From the IMG/VR virus record IMGVR_UViG_3300048861_000121, positions 1-25,186 of that record: 25,186 bases of DNA; one strand, given 5' to 3'. Below are positions 1-7,431 of the stretch, piece by piece; position 1 is the stretch's first letter; every line of letters starts with the position of its first letter. This stretch comes from a virus. Its lineage: Duplodnaviria; Caudoviricetes. The translations under genes were made by a program, and so were the position numbers. The notes under the pieces are model-generated. The model was not told the origin of the DNA. It worked only from the letters and a program-made list of their open reading frames with translations, and searched no databases.

Positions 1-84
1 GGGCGCTGCGGCTGCGTCAGCATCGGACATTGCAAGGGGCAGGGCGGCGGCAAAAAGCAACGCCGAGATAATCGATTTGCGCAT
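1..84 (-). CDS. N-terminus of the phage gene downstream of terL (truncated by the window); signal-peptide-like start MRKSIISALLFAAALPLAMSDADAAAAP
   Basis: ATG at 84-82 with GGAGTG SD at 96-91; hand translation is open to the window edge. Confidence 0.7.
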   Translation of the reverse strand, partial: MRKSIISALLFAAALPLAMSDADAAAAP

Positions 85-127
85 TTGATTCACTCCGGTG
101 AGGATATTTAAACCCGAGAAGCCGATT

Positions 128-1597
128 TTAAGCGGCCTGCATTGTCTGTAATGCTTCGGCGGAAATGATAATACCCTGTCCACGGCCACGGATATAGCCG
201 TCGAGTGCGTATCGTATATCGTCGATGTGGTGATTATGCTTGTCCACGATAATCGGGAGAATATCTCCGGTCTGTTTATCGACCTTGTAGGAATAAAGCC
301 CGAATTCAGCAATTGTGTGCGGGCAGCGGGGGTGAATTACGATTTCATCGAACCCGAGCAACACTGCAATACCGTCCTCGACGGAGCCGCCCCATTTCTT
401 CGCCGCGTCGATGTTGAACCCCTGCCGGGCCACCTGGCTGATCGTCTCCGGTCGTGCGCTGTCGGCCTTGATCTTCCACTTCCGGGCACCGGGTATTCCC
501 GGGTATTTGAGCGCGTCTTCGGGCTTCCAGTCCTTGAGCTGGTCGCGCTTCGCCCCTTCCTTGCCCGCGAAAAGCTTCCAGATGTCGGTCGATTCGGTGC
601 GCACGCCGTGCGCTTCGTAGTCGATGAACAGCGTGTTGCCGCGAACGAACATGCGATTGAGCGTGGTCGGATCCTGCGCGAAACCCCAGTCGGCACCGAA
701 GAAGTGGCGCACTCCCGCCGGCGTCTCGAATGCTTCCTCACGCCACTTGCCTGCGAAAATCACTTCCTCGGAACGCTTGTTGAATTTGCCGAGCCAGATC
801 CAGTTGTACCGGTCCTTGTCGGTGCGCTCCATCTTCGCGCGCTCGTATTCCAGCTCTTCGGTGAACCACGGGTTGTCGGTGTAGTTCGCTCGGATGATCA
901 GGACATCGTCGTCCTCGTAGCAACCGTCCTCGTCGAGCAGCGCCTCGTACGGGCCGATCAGGTCGGTCCACGTCGGGTCGGTTTCCTTGTCCGGGTTGAA
1001 CGTGACGATGATTTCGGAACCGGGCTCGCGGATGGTCGGCATGAGGATCTGCAGCGACTCACGAGAAGCGGTTGCGCCTTCGTCCAGCCACGCTTTGGTC
1101 GCCTTCGTGAACCCCTTGATCCCTGTGACGTTGCGGTACAGCCCACGAAACGAGAAGCTGCTGCGGGTGGCCGGCACGCGGATGACCTTCTTGCCGGTGA
1201 CGAACGATCCGCCCAAGTCGCGGCGCTCGATCTCCTCGACCAGCTCCTGATAACTCGACTCCTCGATCGACGCCTGGATCTCGCGAAGGCACAGCACGCG
1301 CTCTCGGCGGGCAGATGCCTGGGCGGTGATGACAGACACCACCGTGCGGGTCTTGGCCGAGCCGCGGCCGCCGTAGATGATTTTGAGCCGCTTGGGGTAG
1401 ATCAGGCGTTCGAGCTTCGCCGGGATGAGCACTGTGGGCTCGGCGTCAGTCTCGTGGCCGTCGATATCGATGCGCTTGATGACCTCGCGCTGCATGTTGC
1501 AGATCCCGAACACGGCCGGTTTGGCCTTGGTCGCGATGCCCTTGAAATAGCTTTCGACCCGGGCGATCGCGGCGTGCGAGATCCTGCGGCGGCTCAT
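128..1597 (-). CDS. terL: Phage terminase large subunit (PBSX/Terminase_3-like)
   Basis: Walker A YGGRGSAKT, Walker B AWLDEG, TFNP coupling motif, RNase H-like GADWGF..DP, ADSARP and C-terminal NHHIDDIRYA. Confidence 0.96.
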   Translation of the reverse strand: MSRRRISHAAIARVESYFKGIATKAKPAVFGICNMQREVIKRIDIDGHETDAEPTVLIPAKLERLIYPKRLKIIYGGRGSAKTRTVVSVITAQASARRERVLCLREIQASIEESSYQELVEEIERRDLGGSFVTGKKVIRVPATRSSFSFRGLYRNVTGIKGFTKATKAWLDEGATASRESLQILMPTIREPGSEIIVTFNPDKETDPTWTDLIGPYEALLDEDGCYEDDDVLIIRANYTDNPWFTEELEYERAKMERTDKDRYNWIWLGKFNKRSEEVIFAGKWREEAFETPAGVRHFFGADWGFAQDPTTLNRMFVRGNTLFIDYEAHGVRTESTDIWKLFAGKEGAKRDQLKDWKPEDALKYPGIPGARKWKIKADSARPETISQVARQGFNIDAAKKWGGSVEDGIAVLLGFDEIVIHPRCPHTIAEFGLYSYKVDKQTGDILPIIVDKHNHHIDDIRYALDGYIRGRGQGIIISAEALQTMQAA

Positions 1598-2025
1598 TTT
1601 CCGTCCGCGAGTTGCTTCTCGATGGCCGCCAGCCGGTCAGCCAGTTCGCTGATTTCCAGCACGTCGAGCTTCGCGCGAATCATGTTGACCAGCATCTGGC
1701 CGACGTCTGCGGGCACCTTGCCGGTGGAAACGGCTTTCATGATCGCGTCGACCTGGTCGACGGGCGTGCCGTCTTCAGGAAAGTCGAAATGCACGTCGGG
1801 CGCCACGGGTTTAGCAACCGGCGCGACGCGCATCATCAGCTCTTTCATTAAAACGATGTCGCCCTTGGTAATCGCGCGCTCTGCGATTTCCTGATAAAAC
1901 GCCGCTTCGTTGAGTTGCGTTTGCTTTTTAATCGCCTCAAGCATTTTCGTGCGCACGTCTTTTCCGCGCCGGCGAACGGGCTGTCTATCCTTCGAAAACT
2001 GCGTGGCGGGGTTCTTACTCGGCAT
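1594..2025 (-). CDS. terS: Probable terminase small subunit
   Basis: 143 aa, 4-nt overlap with terL, basic N-terminus (TQFSKDRQP) and C-terminal coiled coil ELADRLAAIEKQL. Confidence 0.75.
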   Translation of the reverse strand: MPSKNPATQFSKDRQPVRRRGKDVRTKMLEAIKKQTQLNEAAFYQEIAERAITKGDIVLMKELMMRVAPVAKPVAPDVHFDFPEDGTPVDQVDAIMKAVSTGKVPADVGQMLVNMIRAKLDVLEISELADRLAAIEKQLADGK

Positions 2026-2097
2026 TTCCGTTCTCTTTTCCGATTAAACGGCGTGAGGCGAATTAATCATAGACCGGATTATCTCCGGATTTTCCTT

Positions 2098-2346
2098 TCA
2101 GTTCGCAACGCCTGTCGATAATCCGAAAAGGTCGAAAAACTCCTCGACTTCGAATTGAAGACAGGCGAGGGCGTCGGCGGTCATCGCATCGGGCAATTTG
2201 ACGGCGGCCAGCTGCGCGGACAGCGCTGCGTGGACGCCCATGTAAAACGCGACGCGGGCGTCCATCTTGGCGACGGGTGCCGCGGCGGCGAGGATGGGTG
2301 AGCGCTCGACAACAGCCCAGGCGGATGCGAGTGACGATGATTCCAT
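2098..2346 (-). CDS. Phage hypothetical protein (82 aa from MESSS)
   Basis: Co-oriented ORF; GAGG SD upstream of ATG 2346; contains AFYMG motif. Confidence 0.6.
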   Translation of the reverse strand: MESSSLASAWAVVERSPILAAAAPVAKMDARVAFYMGVHAALSAQLAAVKLPDAMTADALACLQFEVEEFFDLFGLSTGVAN

Positions 2347-2433
2347 GGATACGACCTCAGAGGCTGGTGGAAAACCGGAAGTGCCCGTAGCGCAGGGACC
2401 AGCGGCCGAGTACGCGTCGGCGTGGCGCAATTC

Positions 2434-2700
2434 TCAGTAGCTGGTCGGCTGTGCAATGGCGCGCACGGCATACATCACGCCGGTGCGAAACGATCCGTCG
2501 GCATAGCGAAGCCAGAACAGTGGGTCGTCGCCTTCGAACGCTGCGCCCACGGGCACGTCGTCTGCCGTCTTGACCACGGCCTCAATCTTCGCGATGAGGG
2601 TGCGCAGCTCTTCGCCTTTCGCCTTCACCTCGTTCATCAAATCGATCTCGGCCCGCGACAGATCCCGATAGCCCTTGATGTGCTTATGCTGGTTTTCCAT
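2434..2700 (-). CDS. acb2: Anti-CBASS protein Acb2 homologue (cyclic oligonucleotide sponge)
   Basis: N-terminus MENQHKHIKGYRDLSRAEIDLMNEVK and C-terminus TGVMYAVRAIAQPTSY match the Acb2 signature as I recall it; Y11 and K26 positions retained; AAGGAG SD. Confidence 0.88.
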   Translation of the reverse strand: MENQHKHIKGYRDLSRAEIDLMNEVKAKGEELRTLIAKIEAVVKTADDVPVGAAFEGDDPLFWLRYADGSFRTGVMYAVRAIAQPTSY

Positions 2701-2734
2701 GGTTCAACGCTCCTTGCTGTGGTGATGAAAGTGG

Positions 2735-2893
2735 TTATTTCTCGACGGTGATGCGCACGCCCTTCATCGCGAAGTGCAGCGCCTTGTCGACATCGACGTC
2801 CATGCCGGTGAGGCGCGCGAACAGCACGAGCGACTGCAGGTATGGGCTAACCCACCAGGCGATCGACGTGCGAAGTTTGAGAGTGATTTGCAT
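2735..2893 (-). CDS. Small phage hypothetical protein (52 aa, MQITLKLRTSIAWWVSPYL...)
   Basis: GAGG SD before ATG 2893; fits operon packing. Confidence 0.65.
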   Translation of the reverse strand: MQITLKLRTSIAWWVSPYLQSLVLFARLTGMDVDVDKALHFAMKGVRITVEK

Positions 2894-2900
2894 GGCGGCC

Positions 2901-3149
2901 TCAGACGTCAACGATGATCGAGACTGGCGGCATCGTGCTGCCGATAACGCAGAGCGAGACCAGACCACCAGTTGCCAGCAACGCCAACTCTTCGGCGGTC
3001 GGCCGCCAGTACGAGACGATGCAGGGCATGCCGTCTATCACCGATCGTGTGATCGGCAGCGCACCACAAGGCAATTCGCCCTGATCCCATCCTTTCGGTG
3101 CACCGAGGACAGAGTTGTTCGAGGGATGCTGAGTTCTTTCCATGGTCAT
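2901..3149 (-). CDS. Phage hypothetical protein (82 aa)
   Basis: ATGA overlap with the rusA stop; LGAPKGWD...C.ALPI...SYWRPT.EEL pattern. Confidence 0.75.
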   Translation of the reverse strand: MTMERTQHPSNNSVLGAPKGWDQGELPCGALPITRSVIDGMPCIVSYWRPTAEELALLATGGLVSLCVIGSTMPPVSIIVDV

Positions 3150-3631
3150 ACGTCCAAGGGATCGGTGACACGCAGCGGCGCAGGTGTGGGCAGGTCGAGC
3201 GCGGTCTGACGCACCGGCCGCACGATCGGCTTGATAGTCACGACGACACGCGCTTCACCGTCCGGCTCGCAACGCGTGGCGCTGTCTGACCAGACCCACT
3301 TGTCGTCGAGGATCGCGACGCCTGAGAACGCGTCGTAGAGCACCTTGCGTGCGTTGTCGATGTCGATCGACTGCACGGTGTCATCCCAGAACTCGCCGTG
3401 CTTGCGCATCCGTGCTTGCCAGTCCTGCGGCCGCTTCGGGTACAGGTCGATGTGAATGTGAACGCGGCCCGGGCACGGTGTGCGCACGCCGGCGGCGCGC
3501 AGCAGCCACATGACCTCGGTCTTGTAGGCTTTTGCTTCCTTGGTCGGCACGATCGTGATGTGCTTGCCAATCGGCACCGGGCGCCAGTACTTGTTCGCGC
3601 TGAGCGGGTATGGCAGCGTGATGGTCAGCAT
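3146..3631 (-). CDS. rusA: RusA family Holliday junction resolvase
   Basis: LPYPLSANKYWR N-terminus; catalytic DIDNARKVLYDAF and DD motifs. Confidence 0.92.
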   Translation of the reverse strand: MLTITLPYPLSANKYWRPVPIGKHITIVPTKEAKAYKTEVMWLLRAAGVRTPCPGRVHIHIDLYPKRPQDWQARMRKHGEFWDDTVQSIDIDNARKVLYDAFSGVAILDDKWVWSDSATRCEPDGEARVVVTIKPIVRPVRQTALDLPTPAPLRVTDPLDV

Positions 3632-4032
3632 TCCGGCGTCTCCTCGACCGGCTCAGTCCAGACTCGTCCATTGGCCGCCACGTCAGTGCCTTGATGCGTA
3701 TGGCTGTCTGCCTGCAATGGCCTAATTCGGGCGCCGTCATCGGAATCTAGGCCATTGCCTTTCAAGCGCGACGCGATCGCGCGCAGCACGTCCATCTCGT
3801 GATCCGCGAGCGGCATGGCCGGCGACATGACGATGGTGTTGCTCTTGACCATCACGTGTGGCTCGCGGCAGTACGCAGAGGCGAACAGCATCGCGTCGAC
3901 GATGGTGATCTGAACGTAGGCCTTGAACTGCTCGTCGCCGCCCTTGAGACGTGCACGGTCGACGCTCGCAATGCGGCGCGCCATGTCGAGCGCGTAGTCG
4001 TCGAAGTCGGCCGGCGGCGTTGGTTTGCTCAT
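3625..4032 (-). CDS. Phage hypothetical protein (135 aa)
   Basis: Overlaps both neighbours in the minus-strand operon. Confidence 0.7.
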   Translation of the reverse strand: MSKPTPPADFDDYALDMARRIASVDRARLKGGDEQFKAYVQITIVDAMLFASAYCREPHVMVKSNTIVMSPAMPLADHEMDVLRAIASRLKGNGLDSDDGARIRPLQADSHTHQGTDVAANGRVWTEPVEETPEC

Positions 4033-4301
4033 GCTGCCCTCGCCATCGTCGACGACTGCTTGTCCTCACGCGACACGAGCCAGATGCGTATGCCGCCCTC
4101 GACGGTGCGCGTCTTGAACTTCACGCCGTGCTTGCGGGCGTACATCGCCGTGCGACCGATAGCGCGAGCCTTTTCCTTGGCGGTCTTCACAGGCACGAAG
4201 ATCGAATCACCAACCTCCATGGCTTCGAACGGGAACACTGAGGGGCGGCCACGCCCCTGCGTCGGGATCGGAATGCCCTTCTCGATTTTGATTGGCTTCA
4301 T
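4029..4301 (-). CDS. Small basic putative DNA-binding phage protein
   Basis: KIEKGIPIP..GRGRP..FPF..MEVGDSIFV..GIRIW pattern; AT-hook-like GRGRP; ATGA overlaps. Confidence 0.75.
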   Translation of the reverse strand: MKPIKIEKGIPIPTQGRGRPSVFPFEAMEVGDSIFVPVKTAKEKARAIGRTAMYARKHGVKFKTRTVEGGIRIWLVSREDKQSSTMARAA

Positions 4302-4603
4302 GCGTAGCTCCGTGAGGTGATGCCGAGCGCGAGCTCAAGCGGATTGATGGTCGTGTTGCCCACATGCGTACCTTCGTCGGTCGGTTCACCACGCAGCGGC
4401 GTGAGGTACTGATCCTCGACGGCTGTCAGCCACGCAGGCCAACCGAACAGGTGCAGAGCGATCGGCTCCTCAATGCGCCATGTCGGTAACGCAGCGCTCG
4501 TGAGGCATTGGACTCGCACAATCCGACCGAGCAGACGCATCGCGACTGGGACCGTTGGCGGCACGCGCGTGATGATCGCGAGTTCTCCGGGTTTGCAGTT
4601 CAT
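4298..4603 (-). CDS. Phage hypothetical protein (101 aa from MNCKPGELAII)
   Basis: ATGA overlap with the upstream gene at 4600-4603; GGAG SD. Confidence 0.75.
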   Translation of the reverse strand: MNCKPGELAIITRVPPTVPVAMRLLGRIVRVQCLTSAALPTWRIEEPIALHLFGWPAWLTAVEDQYLTPLRGEPTDEGTHVGNTTINPLELALGITSRSYA

Positions 4604-5043
4604 GCGTCGTTCTCCGCGTAGGGGTGATACGTCGAGGCATGCGTCGGGCCCACGACGTGGGCAGTCGGCACCGTGGTCGGGAACTGCAGCTGCTCGCCGG
4701 CGTGACTCGTGAGTTCGATCAGCTCTCGCTCGAGGCGACGAAGCCATTCCCAGACGTTGATGTCTGCATCGGAAGGCAGCAGGTCAGGGCGCTCAGCCGT
4801 TCGCAATGCCTTCGAGATGCCCTGCTTCACCGTCGCCCATTCCGCACGACCAGACCAGCGCCGGATGTCGATCGTGGCGTTGACGATGTGCATGTGCGCC
4901 TTGAGCGTCAACGTGATCGGATCGTTGCTCACGTGTGTGCGGTTGGCGTGGCAGAAGCAGAACCACTTTCCCTCGCATCCGACGGTTGAAAACAGCGGAC
5001 AGCCATACGCAGCACACATTCCGGGGCGGGCATCTTCGGTCAT
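4600..5043 (-). CDS. Phage hypothetical protein with an N-terminal Cys/His Zn-binding motif, downstream of the initiator
   Basis: CAAYGC...WFCFCH motif; position typical of a replication accessory gene. Confidence 0.75.
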   Translation of the reverse strand: MTEDARPGMCAAYGCPLFSTVGCEGKWFCFCHANRTHVSNDPITLTLKAHMHIVNATIDIRRWSGRAEWATVKQGISKALRTAERPDLLPSDADINVWEWLRRLERELIELTSHAGEQLQFPTTVPTAHVVGPTHASTYHPYAENDA

Positions 5044-5156
5044 GGCATCACCTTGGCGTGCATAAAACCGGGTTTGGGGTGCGCGTTAGCGCGGCTCTTG
5101 TGCATCAAAGCGGGGGCTTTGTGCATGTTTTCGGGGGAAAAGCGTTCCGTGGTCAT
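5040..5156 (-). CDS. 38-aa repetitive micro-ORF MTTERFSPENMHKAPALMHKSRANAHPKPGFMHAKVMP (not in the ORF track)
   Basis: ATGA overlaps at both ends (5153-5156, 5040-5043); hand translation. Confidence 0.55.
   Translation of the reverse strand: MTTERFSPENMHKAPALMHKSRANAHPKPGFMHAKVMP
5058..5141. repeat. Four degenerate 21-bp tandem repeats
   Basis: GTGCAT at 5058, GTGCGC at 5079, GTGCAT at 5100 and 5121; each unit has CG at positions 12-13. Confidence 0.7.
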
Positions 5157-6298
5157 GCGGCAGCTCCCGTGCGCTCACGGCGTGAGAGCTCGTCAAAGAT
5201 TCGGTTCTTGAGCGAGTCCATCGATTCGCCAGGGCGACCATCGCCGAAACCGATCTCGCGAGACATGCGCAAGATGCCCTCCGACGATCGCGACCAGTCG
5301 TTTCGCGGCTTTGCCTTCGGCGGGTTGAGCAGCTGCTTGACGATCGGATCGAGGTAGTTCGGACCAGGGCGCGCGACTTCACGCTTTTTCGCCATTGCAG
5401 CCGCAGTGAGCAGCATGTCGTCGGTGACGCGGGCGTTCGCCGCCCATTCCTGCACGATCGGGTTCGATGCGTTGCAGCCTTCAACGCCGTTGCTGCGCAT
5501 GAGCAGCGATATCGCCGCGCCTCGGCTTGTGGGAATCAGATCGATGGCGGGAGGAGCCGGGATTTCTTCGGGCGCGGGAGGTATATCAACCCCCGGCGCC
5601 TCTAGGTTTTTATCCACTCCTCTCGACTCCCCTCCACTCCCTTCCTCTCCAATCCCATCCTCTCCCCTCCCTTCCGTAGGCGAGTCACCAGCGACGTACT
5701 TTGTGTCACCTTGCGTCACCTCTGCGTCACCTGAGGCCGCTTTTCGTTTGCACGCGGGACAGATGAGTCGGTAGTTCGTTGCCTCATGCGGGTTTGAGGC
5801 CGATCCTTCGGTGACGCGGAAGAGAGTTAAACCGGATGTGTCACCACACAAGTGACACGCGTCACCGTCGCGGTGACGCAATTTGGCCAAAAGCAGCTGA
5901 CGCTGTTTTCCGCCCAATCTTTTGGGGTGACGCGCGTCACCTTCTGCGTCACCTTGGTGACGCGCGTCACCTGTGTCACTCGGGGGGTGACGCAAAGTCG
6001 GTTGGTCGATGCGCTGGTGATACCAGCCGGTGACGTGCCAAAACTCACGGCCGTTCGCCTCGTATTCGGCGAGCAACTGCTTCTCGATCAGTTCGTCGAT
6101 CCACTGCATAACGAGCGTGGCGGAAACATCGTCACCAGGGAGTACTTCAGCCTTCAGCGTGATCGCGCTGGCCGGATGGTTGCCACCGTCGTCGCAGAAA
6201 TTCCACATGCCGATGAAGAGCAGCCGCGCATCGCGCGAGCACTCCATGACCTGTTCGGAAGTCCAGAACTCGGGTTTGATGCTGCGAATTCTTGCCAT
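5153..6298 (-). CDS. Phage replication initiator (MARIRSIKPEFW type) with an inserted degenerate HNH-type zinc finger
   Basis: N-terminus ARIRSIKPEFW...ARLLFIGMWNFCDDGG; position after cII/HTH; internal DNA repeats; CHLC and CPAC pairs. Confidence 0.85.
   Translation of the reverse strand: MARIRSIKPEFWTSEQVMECSRDARLLFIGMWNFCDDGGNHPASAITLKAEVLPGDDVSATLVMQWIDELIEKQLLAEYEANGREFWHVTGWYHQRIDQPTLRHPPSDTGDARHQGDAEGDARHPKRLGGKQRQLLLAKLRHRDGDACHLCGDTSGLTLFRVTEGSASNPHEATNYRLICPACKRKAASGDAEVTQGDTKYVAGDSPTEGRGEDGIGEEGSGGESRGVDKNLEAPGVDIPPAPEEIPAPPAIDLIPTSRGAAISLLMRSNGVEGCNASNPIVQEWAANARVTDDMLLTAAAMAKKREVARPGPNYLDPIVKQLLNPPKAKPRNDWSRSSEGILRMSREIGFGDGRPGESMDSLKNRIFDELSRRERTGAAA
5611..5675. repeat. Pyrimidine-rich (+ strand) tract of ~5-nt units encoding an E/G/R linker
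   Basis: tatccactcctctcgactcccctccactcccttcctctccaatcccatcctctcccctcccttcc. Confidence 0.7.
5682..6036. repeat. GTCAC/GTGAC repeat cluster, putative phage origin iterons
   Basis: More than 15 GTCAC/GTGAC copies, including two perfect GGTGACGCGCGTCACC palindromes at 5926-5941 and 5956-5971. Confidence 0.75.
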
Positions 6299-6299
6299 G

Positions 6300-6560
6300 T
6301 CAGGCCTCCGCCAAAGCGACAGGCTTAGGCAGGAAGGTCAAAAGGGGAAAGCCGTCTCGGCCATGGGTCGCGCTGAAGTGAGATTCATGGAAGGCATTCA
6401 ATCGACGATAGGGCGGCGAATTGGTGTCGTTCACGCCTCGACGGATACGACTGATCGTCGCTTGAGACAGACCGGCCGCGTCACCTATGCGCTGCTGAGA
6501 AAAACCGGCGTCGACCAGGTCATCGATAAGTTGCTTCATGGATGGCAGGGTGGTACTCAT
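6300..6560 (-). CDS. XRE-like helix-turn-helix protein
   Basis: FSQQRIGDAAGLSQATISRIRRG HTH; AAGG(T) SD. Confidence 0.85.
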   Translation of the reverse strand: MSTTLPSMKQLIDDLVDAGFSQQRIGDAAGLSQATISRIRRGVNDTNSPPYRRLNAFHESHFSATHGRDGFPLLTFLPKPVALAEA

Positions 6561-6592
6561 GACAACACCTTTGTTTCGAGGACGGTCACGCG

Positions 6593-7000
6593 TCAGCTCA
6601 CCGCGCGAAGCAATGAAGGGTTCATTTCTGCGAGCACCTGCAGCTGCTTAAGCGCGGCGGTCTGTGCTTGGGTGCACTGCTGGATTACGTCGACCAGGCG
6701 CTTGGCCTGTTTCTCGGAATCGATGGGGCGCGGCATGTCGTAACCGGTGTCACCAGCAATGAAAGCGATCGCGCCATGGAACCCACGCTCGCGCCCGAGG
6801 CGCAGCAGAAACATCACCTGGTCGGGGCCGAGCTTCTCGACGCGGTCCTCGTTGAGGCAGGCAAGAAGCAGCCGGTGCGCAGCGTCGGCGGTCTTGTCCG
6901 GCCACATCTTGCTGGCCACTACCTTCGCGCCGCCACAGGCTTTGACCGTGGCATCCAGCGCGTCATTGATTGATTCGTAGAACAGAGCTGGCTGGTCCAT
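6593..7000 (-). CDS. CII-like regulatory protein
   Basis: Position directly after cro and its terminator; GGAKVVA...CLNEDRVEKL pattern. Confidence 0.65.
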   Translation of the reverse strand: MDQPALFYESINDALDATVKACGGAKVVASKMWPDKTADAAHRLLLACLNEDRVEKLGPDQVMFLLRLGRERGFHGAIAFIAGDTGYDMPRPIDSEKQAKRLVDVIQQCTQAQTAALKQLQVLAEMNPSLLRAVS

Positions 7001-7051
7001 TTAATTGGGCATCCAAATAACTTGTAGGCGTTTGTACTGACACCAAAGGCC

Positions 7052-7083
7052 AAAAAAAGGACCATGCGTCTGTCGCATGGCCC
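7052..7083 (-). terminator. Intrinsic terminator after cro (tR1 analogue)
   Basis: Minus strand GGGCCATGCG-acaga-CGCATGGTCC followed by T7. Confidence 0.8.
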
Positions 7084-7097
7084 TCGGGGAAAAACGG

Positions 7098-7319
7098 TCA
7101 AGCGGCGGCGGGTTGCTCGGCGGGGTAAAGGTCGGGGCGCAACTGAGAACGAGTCACTTCGCCATCAGTTGCGCGTTCGATCTCGAGCACACGCTCGGCA
7201 GGCACACGGCCGGTGGCGCACATTTTTTGAACGCTTTGGGGTTTGAGGCCGAGCTTGCGAGCGAGAGCCGACTGGCCGCCGACGATCTGCGCTGCACGCT
7301 GGATAGCGGAAGTTTCCAT
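7098..7319 (-). CDS. cro: Cro-like repressor (YdaS/Cro family)
   Basis: GGQSALARKLGLKPQSVQK HTH and LRPDLY motif; divergent from cI. Confidence 0.9.
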   Translation of the reverse strand: METSAIQRAAQIVGGQSALARKLGLKPQSVQKMCATGRVPAERVLEIERATDGEVTRSQLRPDLYPAEQPAAA

Positions 7320-7345
7320 GTTGAGGACTCGCGTTGGTTGTGGTC

Positions 7346-7424
7346 TACAACCGAATCCTACAACTTACAACTACAACGAACAACCTATATTTGCAATGAA
7401 CCCTACAACTGAGGCTTGTAACAT
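7346..7424. promoter_or_regulatory. cro/cI switch (oR analogue) with TACAAC half-sites and divergent promoters
   Basis: TACAACTGAGGCTTGTA (7404-7420), AACAACCTATATTTGCA (7379-7395), clustered TACAAC; candidate minus-strand TTGTTC-17-TAGGAT and plus-strand ATGAAC-17-TAACAT. Confidence 0.7.
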
Positions 7425-7431
7425 TGAGGGC

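Noticed and set aside
227-1894. 555-aa plus-strand ORF
   Set aside because: Antisense shadow of terL/terS, common in high-GC coding DNA; no recognisable motifs
2347-2433. Possible structured RNA downstream of acb2 (GCCGA/TCGGC and GCTGGT/ACCAGC stems)
   Set aside because: Short stems are expected by chance at this GC content; no covariation evidence available
5682-6036. Repeats considered as a CRISPR array or DGR template/variable repeat
   Set aside because: No regular repeat-spacer period, no cas or reverse transcriptase gene, and the repeats lie inside a coding gene
5827-6048. VTRVT-repeat ORFs in alternative frames
   Set aside because: By-product of the GTGAC/GTCAC DNA repeats within the initiator gene
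7243-7431. Extended cI N-terminus given by the ORF track
   Set aside because: Overlaps cro and the operator region; the HTH begins shortly after ATG 7432
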